Source of the DNA: an uncultured bacterium | GTDB taxonomy: Bacteria > Krumholzibacteriota > Krumholzibacteriia > LZORAL124-64-63 | Reading direction: 5' to 3' | DNA length: 49,154 nucleotides | Assembly (NCBI GenBank): GCA_965369705.1 | Contig: CBDURF010000002.1 | Coordinates: 1-49,154 of the forward strand | Part shown: piece after piece, positions 30,011 through 37,132 of the stretch | How positions within the stretch are numbered: position 1 is the first letter of the stretch | How the letters are laid out: every line of letters starts with the position of its first letter | Notes under the pieces: model-generated | Databases searched by the model: none | What the model was told of the DNA's origin: nothing | Seen by the model: only the letters and a program-made list of their open reading frames with translations | Position numbers and translations under genes: made by a program

Positions 30011-30634
30011 CTACCGATACAGAGCCTTGACCGATCCGAAGGACGCGTCCTCGATAGCGACGACTTCGCCGTTGAAGGCCCATACGACGGAGTCAGTGGA
30101 CCCACCGGACGGGAACATTTGGATCAGCGGGGGATCGACGGGCAAAAACACCATCTGATCCGGGGCACTGGGAAGGGAAATAGGGCTCAGGGTGACTTCG
30201 ATCAGGCCCACGGTGGTGGTCATGAATTGGAACGAGATCAGCACGACCGACTCGTCTACCACCGCCCACGGGCTGGCAATCCCCACGGCGTATTCCAGGT
30301 AACCATCGCCGATATGGCTGTTGTCACCGATATTGAGGCTATTGGGGGGAAGCGCGTCAAGCAGCTTGAACATGTTGCCCGCGGGGTTGAAGTTCAGCTG
30401 GACTTCGAAAGCGGTGATGGCGGTATAGGGTACGTCGAATTCGTCCGCGGGTCTGGTCAAAACCAGGAACACGTCCACGGCCGAGCCGACGTCCATGGTA
30501 TAGGTATTGCCTGTGCCGTCGGCGAACTGGTAGAGACCCACCTGGTTGGTGTACATGTGTTGGGCAAACCCCGTGCTGGGAGCCAGCAGAGCAAGCGCGG
30601 CCAGTGCCGACACAGCAAAAAACAACTTCTTCAT
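30011..30634 (-). CDS. Secreted 207-aa protein A, paralog of B (unknown family, weak cohesin-like signature, conserved C-terminal tail)
   Basis: Signal peptide MKKLFFAVSALAALALLAPSTGFA-Q. It aligns along its length with protein B and ends ...VVAIEDASFGSVKALYR followed by stop. GGGGA lies before the ATG. Confidence 0.8.
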   Translation of the reverse strand: MKKLFFAVSALAALALLAPSTGFAQHMYTNQVGLYQFADGTGNTYTMDVGSAVDVFLVLTRPADEFDVPYTAITAFEVQLNFNPAGNMFKLLDALPPNSLNIGDNSHIGDGYLEYAVGIASPWAVVDESVVLISFQFMTTTVGLIEVTLSPISLPSAPDQMVFLPVDPPLIQMFPSGGSTDSVVWAFNGEVVAIEDASFGSVKALYR

Positions 30635-31015
30635 TTTCGATTCCCCTTTCTTGGAAAATCCGTTTTTCAGCCCTGGAACAATTGGCGATCCTGCGAAATC
30701 CGAAACCGGCCAGAGCGACGATCCATCATGCCGGGTCCCGACTTGGGCCAGAAACAGGAAACGCTTTCAGCGACAACAGCTAAAAGATACCGAGTCTCAT
30801 CCAGCCCGACAAGTACTCTTTTCGGTCCGAGGCGAATTTTATTGACCGAATAAAATGACCCGGTGTTCCCTCCCTCCGCACGAGCAAAAACAGGTGTTTG
30901 CCAGGTCCAGGAAGGGACAAGATTGAATATCCGGGCAATTTCCAGGTCTGTCAAGGGTTAACAGAAGGCGGGGAATTGGGCTGTTCTCGGTGTCCAGATT
31001 GCCGGGAACAGACGC

Positions 31016-31049
31016 AAAAAGGATCCGGGTGGAATTTCCACCCGGATCC
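31016..31049 (-). terminator. Strong Rho-independent terminator after secreted-protein gene B
   Basis: Near-perfect 29-nt palindrome: 14-bp arms ggatccgggtggaa / ttccacccggatcc around a single unpaired central base. It is followed on the minus strand by TTTTT. Confidence 0.88.
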
Positions 31050-31091
31050 TTGGACCTACGTCCAGCAGCCGAAGCTGCAACTCACACCGTT

Positions 31092-31715
31092 TTACCGGAA
31101 CAAGCTCTTCACGCTGCCAAAGCTGGCATTCTCGACACCAACAACACAGTTTTCGAAGTTGACGGTGGCGACGGGAGTGTCCGGCCCGCCGGTCGACTGA
31201 CCGGCCTGGTACAGAACTTTGGTAACGTCGTTCAAGAGTACCGGGTAGTCCCCGGGGATCGAGGGATCCACCGGGATACTGCTGAGATAAAATTCCATCG
31301 TTACCAACGGGCTCAACAGCATGAACTGCCACGAGTGCAGAACCGTCGCGGGATCACCCGGGAGGCCTTCAGCCAAGCCGACGATGTAGGTACCTTCCAG
31401 AACGTCAGTCTCGTTACCAAGGTTGAGACCGGTGGTGACCCCATTGGCGATGGTGGAGGCTAACCGGAAAAGAAAACCTTCCATTCCGGTAGGAACCACG
31501 ATGCGATAGCCCAATTCGTAGGCGCTGATCGCGGGAGCGGTCGGATTGGTGGTGACGATGTAGGCCATGAACGGCAAGCTGGCTCCAATAATCAGGCAAT
31601 TGTCATCGGCGTTCATGTCGAAGTAGATCCCAATCATGTCATCATCGGGATCAACGACAGCGAAAGCAGAAGTTGCCATCAGACTGACCAGCAAAAGAAC
31701 TACCAACTTCTTCAT
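31092..31715 (-). CDS. Secreted 207-aa protein B, paralog of A
   Basis: Signal peptide MKKLVVLLLVSLMATSAFA-V. AGGAGA lies 6 nt before the ATG at 31715. The 17-codon upstream ORF extension was rejected. It ends ...VVGVENASFGSVKSLFR followed by stop. Confidence 0.8.
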   Translation of the reverse strand: MKKLVVLLLVSLMATSAFAVVDPDDDMIGIYFDMNADDNCLIIGASLPFMAYIVTTNPTAPAISAYELGYRIVVPTGMEGFLFRLASTIANGVTTGLNLGNETDVLEGTYIVGLAEGLPGDPATVLHSWQFMLLSPLVTMEFYLSSIPVDPSIPGDYPVLLNDVTKVLYQAGQSTGGPDTPVATVNFENCVVGVENASFGSVKSLFR

Positions 31716-31875
31716 GTTGTGTCTCCTAATTGTGAGCAGGTACTTTCCGTGAAATCGCCGTATCAATCGGGCGAGACGTTGGTGGCCCTGCCACCTGCAT
31801 TAGCAGAGCCACCCTTGGTCTTGCATCCCGGAATTCCTCCGTCACACCCGGCCAGGCCGGGCGCGGCTGGGAATC

Positions 31876-32550
31876 CTAGGGGCAATGGTTTCCGTAGAAC
31901 TTCGCCATTTCAGGCAGATCGATAATGTTCACGTCAATGTCGAAGTACAGATCCGACCGGAAATGGTACACCGGATCGAAGAAGTCAGCCGTAAACGCCT
32001 GGAGATCAACCAGGTTGACGACACCGTTGCCATCAAGGTCCGGGCTGTTCCAGCTAACATCAATAGTGTTGGACAAGGCGTTGCCGTTGATCACAACATA
32101 AGTTTGAAGGAAGCTTTGTCCACCCGCCGAAAGCGCGTCCTGGAACTCAGTCATTCCATCAATATCCGTGCTGAAATCAGCGGTGCAACCGCCCGTGCAG
32201 CAAATCAAACCGACATTTTCGGTGAGGGGGTCAGAGGGACACTCAAGCCACATATCCTCGGCGGGATAGTTGACGATGGTATCACCCGCGCCATCCCTGA
32301 CTTCCAAATGGATGGTGGCATCGCCGAGTACCTGAGCGGCCGGGTACGGGGCGATAACCTTGACGGCTACATCCAACGAATGCTCTGCGGAACCACCAGG
32401 CACGACAAGTACAACCATCTTACCGGGAAAAAGTGTATCCTCCCGAGCGGCAGTACAGTATGTCACATCCGGAACACCCGCCATAGCGAGCGAAGCGGCA
32501 CCAACAATCAGGGTAATTAAAAAAATACCCATAATTTTCCTAAGAACCAT
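31876..32550 (-). CDS. Secreted 224-aa protein C with a C-terminal dockerin-like duplicated EF-hand segment
   Basis: Signal peptide ...LITLIVGAASLAMA-G. The Cys-containing N-terminal region is probably a beta-sandwich. The last ~56 aa (31879-32046) read SPDLDGNGVVNLVDLQAFTADFF...DLYFDIDVNIIDLPEMAKFY. GGAGGTG lies before the ATG at 32550. Confidence 0.8.
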   Translation of the reverse strand: MVLRKIMGIFLITLIVGAASLAMAGVPDVTYCTAAREDTLFPGKMVVLVVPGGSAEHSLDVAVKVIAPYPAAQVLGDATIHLEVRDGAGDTIVNYPAEDMWLECPSDPLTENVGLICCTGGCTADFSTDIDGMTEFQDALSAGGQSFLQTYVVINGNALSNTIDVSWNSPDLDGNGVVNLVDLQAFTADFFDPVYHFRSDLYFDIDVNIIDLPEMAKFYGNHCP

Positions 32551-32755
32551 TAGGACACCTCCAAAAAAGGCACATTCTAGCGAGGGTGGCTAACCCAAGC
32601 GGACACATTGACTACTGCGTTGAGCTCTCCTTCCCACTCACATGTCCATCACTTGACATCATTAGATTACCATACGCATCGGGCCAATGCAACCAATATT
32701 ATTTATCTTCTGCGGAAAATTAGAGAAAAAATCGAAATCTTCAATTTCGATGAGT

Positions 32756-32803
32756 AAAAAAAGACCCTCGACTCCATTTTTGGGGAGAATCGAGGGTTTT
32801 TTT
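32756..32803 (-). terminator. Rho-independent (bidirectional-looking) terminator downstream of tRNA-Val
   Basis: accctcga(ctcc)...(ggag)aatcgagggt hairpin, flanked by A7 on one side and T7 on the other. Confidence 0.8.
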
Positions 32804-32826
32804 AGAAAATGTGAAATTTTTTTATA

Positions 32827-32903
32827 TGGTGGGCGAAGCAGGACTCGAACCTGCGACTTCCTGCGTGTAAAGCAGGCGCTCTAGCCAACTGAACTATTCG
32901 CCC
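32827..32903 (-). tRNA. tRNA-Val (anticodon TAC), CCA encoded
   Basis: Hand-folded cloverleaf: GGGCGAA TA GTTC AGTTGGCTA GAGC G CCTGC TTTACAC GCAGG AAGTC GCAGG TTCGAGT CCTGC TTCGCCC A CCA. Confidence 0.93.
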
Positions 32904-33070
32904 ACGCTATCCTGGAACGAACGCCACAAAAAGAAGGGCAACAAGACGCAGTAGCCGAGTACCAGCAGAACCGGTCCGAGGGTGAGCATACCGGCGGCCA
33001 GGGTGGCGAAACCCAGGACGATCGCCCCCAGCGAGACCCACAACAACCAGAACTTTTTCACCAAACCCAT
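32894..33070 (-). CDS. Possible 58-aa two-TM membrane protein whose stop codon lies inside tRNA-Val
   Basis: MGLVKKFWLLWVSLGAIVLGFATLAAGMLTLGPVLLVLGYCVLLPFFLWR contains two hydrophobic helices. GGAGGG lies about 8 nt before the ATG at 33070. The last codons, GGC GAA TAG, are tRNA nucleotides. Confidence 0.45.
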   Translation of the reverse strand: MGLVKKFWLLWVSLGAIVLGFATLAAGMLTLGPVLLVLGYCVLLPFFLWRSFQDSVGE

Positions 33071-33165
33071 TGCCTTGCCCTCCGGCAGCGCGGAAACAAA
33101 AAAATCATCGGGACTCGCCGAGCCCCTTGGAATCGGCTGAACAATAAAAGGAGGAAGCGGTTCCG

Positions 33166-34299
33166 TCAATCATTCCGGTGGCCGCGATTTCCGGCCCTGG
33201 CGCGTCGAAATTCCTGCACGGCCGCCTCGTGCTCACGGGCGGTCCTTGAGAAAACGTGTCCACCCTGGCCGTCGGAAACGAAATACATGGCCCGGCAAGC
33301 GGGATCCGGATGGGCGGCAGCCTCAATGGCCGCCAAGCCGGGATTGCCGATGGGCCCCGGCGGCAGTCCCCTGTTACGGTACGTGTTGAACGGGGAGGCG
33401 ACCTCCAGATCCCGGTAGAAAAGGCGTTTGCCCTTTTTTCGCAGGGTGAAGGCAACCGTGGGGTCCGCTTCCAGTCGCCAACCCTTCCGCAGGCGATTGA
33501 CGTAGACCGCGGCAATGAGAGGACGCTCATCGTCGCGCCGGGCCTCGGCCTCCACGATGGAGGCGAGGGTCAGCAGATCTTGAGGAGTGAGGTCGAGATC
33601 CGTCACCGGCACGGAACCGGCCATCACCGAATCCAGGCGAGCCCATTGGGTCGCAACCAGGAAATCCGCCACCTTGGCCGCGCTGGTGCCCTCGGTGAAT
33701 TGAAAGGTGTCCGGCGAAAGATGTCCCTCGCACCACCGGAACCGCCGCGGGTGGCGAGCGGACTCGGCCGCCAGCAGGGAATCGTGAGCAGCTGCCGCGG
33801 TCTCGCCTCCCTTCAGCAGGCGTCCCTTTCGTGCGGCCGTCATCACCAGGGAATCGGCCGCAGCCAGGAAATCGGCCGGTGAAAACCCCAGCGCTTCGGA
33901 TACAAGATCGGCGATCTCCTCGGCGTCCAGGCCCTCGGGAATGGTCACCTTCACCTGCACGGCGACCCCCATGGTCAGAACCTGCAGCAGGTCCCGGGGT
34001 GAAGCGCCGACCGGCAATTCATAGAGACCGGCCCGCAACGCCCGCCCCTTGCCCGTCAACCTGGCTCCCGTCAGAAGAACCGTGGGATGTTTCAGCAGGC
34101 CTCGCGCCGCCAGGGAATCGGCGGCGGCGGTCAGGGTCATGCCGGGGGGAATCCTCATCAGGATCGTCGCGGGTGCGGGTACGGACTCCCGGTCCGACAC
34201 TGTACGCGGACCCGGCCCCGTCCACAGGCGCCAGCCCCACAGGACAATCACCAGACCCAGCAGGAAGGCGACCCCCGCCACGGCGGCCCAGCGTTTCAT
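33166..34299 (-). CDS. mltG: Endolytic murein transglycosylase MltG (YceG-like)
   Basis: N-terminal TM helix, IVEAEARRDDERPLIAAVYVNRL, YNTYRNRGLPPGPIGNPG. The start ATG shares 1 nt with the ruvX stop (TGATG). Confidence 0.93.
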   Translation of the reverse strand: MKRWAAVAGVAFLLGLVIVLWGWRLWTGPGPRTVSDRESVPAPATILMRIPPGMTLTAAADSLAARGLLKHPTVLLTGARLTGKGRALRAGLYELPVGASPRDLLQVLTMGVAVQVKVTIPEGLDAEEIADLVSEALGFSPADFLAAADSLVMTAARKGRLLKGGETAAAAHDSLLAAESARHPRRFRWCEGHLSPDTFQFTEGTSAAKVADFLVATQWARLDSVMAGSVPVTDLDLTPQDLLTLASIVEAEARRDDERPLIAAVYVNRLRKGWRLEADPTVAFTLRKKGKRLFYRDLEVASPFNTYRNRGLPPGPIGNPGLAAIEAAAHPDPACRAMYFVSDGQGGHVFSRTAREHEAAVQEFRRARAGNRGHRND

Positions 34300-34733
34300 C
34301 ACGGCTGCTCCCGGTGAGGCCCGGCCCCCGCGCTCAGGCTGTCCAGGTAGGATTGGAGAATGATCTGGGCGGCCAGGGCATCCCGGTCTTCCTTACCGGA
34401 TCGGCGGCCTTTATCGAGCCAGCGATCCGCCTCGGCGCTGGAGTATCTCTCGTCCCAGAGAATCACCTCCACTTCGAATTCCCTGGCCAGACGCAGGGCG
34501 AATTTGCGGACTCGGCCGGCCATGTCACCCTCGCGCCCGTCGGCGGTCAGGGGCAGCCCCAGCACCAATCCGGTGACGGCCCTGGCCTCGATCAATTTCC
34601 CGAGGTGGGTCAGGATCGAGCTGTCGCGACCCTCCACATGGGTACCCAAGGCAAAGGCCAAGGACGTTGCGGGATCGCTGGCGGCGATGCCGATTCGGCG
34701 CAGGCCGTAATCGAGGCCCAGATAGCAGGACAT
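34299..34733 (-). CDS. ruvX: YqgF/RuvX putative pre-16S rRNA nuclease / Holliday junction resolvase-like protein
   Basis: YLGLDYGLRRIGIAASD N-terminus, 144 aa, DERYSSAEA motif. Confidence 0.9.
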   Translation of the reverse strand: MSCYLGLDYGLRRIGIAASDPATSLAFALGTHVEGRDSSILTHLGKLIEARAVTGLVLGLPLTADGREGDMAGRVRKFALRLAREFEVEVILWDERYSSAEADRWLDKGRRSGKEDRDALAAQIILQSYLDSLSAGAGPHREQP

Positions 34734-34737
34734 GGGT

Positions 34738-35163
34738 TCAGTCGTCTTTGGAAGGTTCGAGTTTCTTGACCATACGGATCATGAAACGGCCGTCCTGGTG
34801 ACGGCCGAACTCGAGGGAATCGGTGAATTCGCGCATGATGAGGATGCCGCGGCCGCGCTGGCGCATGAGTTCGTCGGAGGGCGTCCAGTGTTCGAAGTCG
34901 AAGCCCGGACCCTCGTCCAGGACCGTGATGGTGATCTCGTGGCCCTCCACTTCGAAGATCACCTGGATGGGCAGCACGTCGTCCAGTTGATTCCCGTGTT
35001 CCATGGCGTTGGTGCAGGCCTCGATCACCGAGGTGCCGAGTTCCTCCAGGGCCCGTTTGCAGCAATCCATGTCGCCGCCGATTTCCATCAGCACGGCATC
35101 GGGCACACCAAGATATTCCATGTTGCTGGGCAGCCGGATTTCGATTCTGGACGCCACGATCAA
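34738..35163 (-). CDS. Anti-sigma regulatory factor, Ser/Thr kinase (RsbW/SpoIIAB-like HATPase)
   Basis: IEIRLPSNMEYLG start, as in RsbW. N-box EACTNAMEHGN and G1 box DEGPGFD. The start is a TTG at 35163 or, more likely, a GTG at 35157 placed 7 nt after AGGTGA. Confidence 0.85.
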   Translation of the reverse strand: MIVASRIEIRLPSNMEYLGVPDAVLMEIGGDMDCCKRALEELGTSVIEACTNAMEHGNQLDDVLPIQVIFEVEGHEITITVLDEGPGFDFEHWTPSDELMRQRGRGILIMREFTDSLEFGRHQDGRFMIRMVKKLEPSKDD

Positions 35164-35203
35164 ATCACCTGCCCGCGCTCGTTTCCATCGCCATCAACCA
35201 GCA

Positions 35204-35542
35204 TCAGGAAAAACTCTGAACGGCTTCGTCTTCGTCCTGGAATGACTCGAAGACGGTGTAGAGTTTCGAGACGATGAAGATGTTCTCGATACGGTCCGAA
35301 ACCTTGAGAAGTTTCAGCTCTCCCCCACTTTTCTTGAGGGTGGTATAACCAGAAATGAGGATTCCCAAGCCTGTGCTGTTGACCCACTTCACCCGCTCCA
35401 TGCTTACGATGACGTTGTGACAGCCCTCGTGGATCAGGGTCTTGAGAGTCTCATCGAAGGTCTCGGCATCGGGTCCTCCCATGAGCTTGCCGCTCATTTC
35501 CAGGATGGCCACGCCTTCCCTTTTGCGCTCCTTGATCTTCAC
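35204..35542 (-). CDS. STAS-domain anti-sigma-factor antagonist (SpoIIAA/RsbV-like)
   Basis: 112 aa. VNSTGLGILISGY supplies the phosphorylatable Ser/Thr context. The GTG start follows AAGGGTGA. Confidence 0.85.
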   Translation of the reverse strand: MKIKERKREGVAILEMSGKLMGGPDAETFDETLKTLIHEGCHNVIVSMERVKWVNSTGLGILISGYTTLKKSGGELKLLKVSDRIENIFIVSKLYTVFESFQDEDEAVQSFS

Positions 35543-35682
35543 GCACTTTCACCCTTGAAAAGAGTCGATTCATGCCGCCGGGACCGGATCCTCGGCCAAC
35601 CCGGAGTATTCCCTTGACCGCAACAGCATAGGACACGGGAATCGTCCTGTCCACAAATGGAATCGACCACCACGCCCCGCAT

Positions 35683-36660
35683 TCAGGTGATTTCCCTGAG
35701 GATGGCCAGGACACCGGCCATGTCCGCCGGGGGTTCGGAGAAAAATTCCAGGTTATCATCCGTGACCGGGTGGACCAGCCGCAACCCGGCCGCATGCAGT
35801 AGCTGCCGTCCCGCGGCCTTGACCATGCGGTCGGCCTGGCGGCGGTCGAGGTTGTGGATGCCGCGCGCCCGCAGGTCATCCCCGTACATCCGGTCACCCA
35901 CCACGGGATGACCGCGATGGGCGAAATGGACCCGGATCTGGTGGGTGCGACCTGTTTCGAGCTGAACCTCGCACAGCTGGACGAAACCGAAATCCTCAAG
36001 CACCCGGTACCGGCTCACCGCCGATTTACCGCCCTGGTTCACGATGGCCATCTTCTGGCGGAAGCGGGGATGCCGGCCGATGTCCCCGGTCAGGGTATCT
36101 TGATCCTGTTTCCACTGGCCCCACGACACTGCCAGATAGGTCCGCCCCATGCGGCGATCCTGGAGCTGTGCGGCCAGATGCCTGTGGGCGGCGTCCGTCA
36201 GGGCGACGGCCATCAAGCCGGAAGTGTCCCGGTCCAGGCGATGGACGATTCCCGGTCGCAGGGGATCCCCCCCCGCGGACAGGTTTTTACAATGGTGCAG
36301 CAGGGCGTTGACCAGGGTTCCGTCCGGGTGCCCCACGGCGGGATGGACGACCATGCCCACCGGCTTGTTGATCACCAGGATGTGGTCATCCTCATGGACG
36401 ATGTCCAAGGGGATGTCCTGGGCCACCGCTACCATTTCCCGTTTCGTTCCCGGCCGGAAAAGGACCCGGCTGCCGGCCCGGAGACGGAAACCCTTGGGCC
36501 GCGGGCGGTCGTCCACCAGGACCAGGTCCTTTTTCATGTCGGCGTGGATTCGGCTGCGGGACAGATCGGGGCACTGATCCGCCAGGAAACTGTCCAGACG
36601 CTGTCCCTCGGCTTCCGGCCCCGTGATGAAAACCCGCTCCTTGGGATCCGGTTCAGTCAT
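35683..36660 (-). CDS. rluD: RluA-family 23S rRNA pseudouridine synthase (RluD-like, S4 domain + catalytic domain)
   Basis: HRLDRDTSGLM catalytic Asp motif, N-terminal S4-like region, GRTHQIRVH. Confidence 0.92.
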   Translation of the reverse strand: MTEPDPKERVFITGPEAEGQRLDSFLADQCPDLSRSRIHADMKKDLVLVDDRPRPKGFRLRAGSRVLFRPGTKREMVAVAQDIPLDIVHEDDHILVINKPVGMVVHPAVGHPDGTLVNALLHHCKNLSAGGDPLRPGIVHRLDRDTSGLMAVALTDAAHRHLAAQLQDRRMGRTYLAVSWGQWKQDQDTLTGDIGRHPRFRQKMAIVNQGGKSAVSRYRVLEDFGFVQLCEVQLETGRTHQIRVHFAHRGHPVVGDRMYGDDLRARGIHNLDRRQADRMVKAAGRQLLHAAGLRLVHPVTDDNLEFFSEPPADMAGVLAILREIT

Positions 36661-37132
36661 GGGACCGCCGTCCGTCGAACAGGATACACAGGAACAGGAT
36701 CGTTCCTCCGACCGTCACGCCCATATCGGCCACATTGAAGGTGTAGAACCGGTGGGCGCCGAGGCCCACATCGATGAAATCGACCACGTGGCCGCCATAG
36801 AATAAGCGGTCGACCAGGTTGCCCACCGCACCGCCCAGGATTGCCGCCATGGCCCCCCGGCGGATCTTCAACTCGGGATCCGTGGTGCGGTAGAGGTAGA
36901 TAAGGAAGATGGAGGCCGCGACGCTGATCCCCACCAGGACCGCGCGACCCACCGGGAACAATCCCATGGCCGAACCGGAATTGCGGACGTAGATGAAACG
37001 CAGGAATTCCCCGATGATCGAGACCTTGGACCGCAGGGCCGTTTCGTTGGCCAGGACAGCTCTCTTCGTCGCGAAATCGAGGATGAATACGAGGGGAGCC
37101 CACAACCAGGGTGGGAAAACTCGGCTGAACAT
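36653..37132 (-). CDS. lspA: Lipoprotein signal peptidase (signal peptidase II)
   Basis: DFATKR, NSGSAMG, VVDFIDV...FNVAD motifs. The ATG at 37132 shares 1 nt with the upstream stop (TGATG). The longer ORF start was rejected. Confidence 0.92.
   Translation of the reverse strand: MFSRVFPPWLWAPLVFILDFATKRAVLANETALRSKVSIIGEFLRFIYVRNSGSAMGLFPVGRAVLVGISVAASIFLIYLYRTTDPELKIRRGAMAAILGGAVGNLVDRLFYGGHVVDFIDVGLGAHRFYTFNVADMGVTVGGTILFLCILFDGRRSHD

Noticed and set aside
30667-30954. 95-aa minus-strand ORF (TTG start) in the long spacer between genes B and A.
   Set aside because: It has no Shine-Dalgarno sequence, no signal peptide or motif, and a random-looking composition. It is more likely an untranslated leader or regulatory region.
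29892-32826. Classical integrated genomic island at tRNA-Val.
   Set aside because: No integrase or recombinase gene is present, and I see no direct repeat of the tRNA-Val 3' end. Only the compositional and organisational oddity is retained as a finding.
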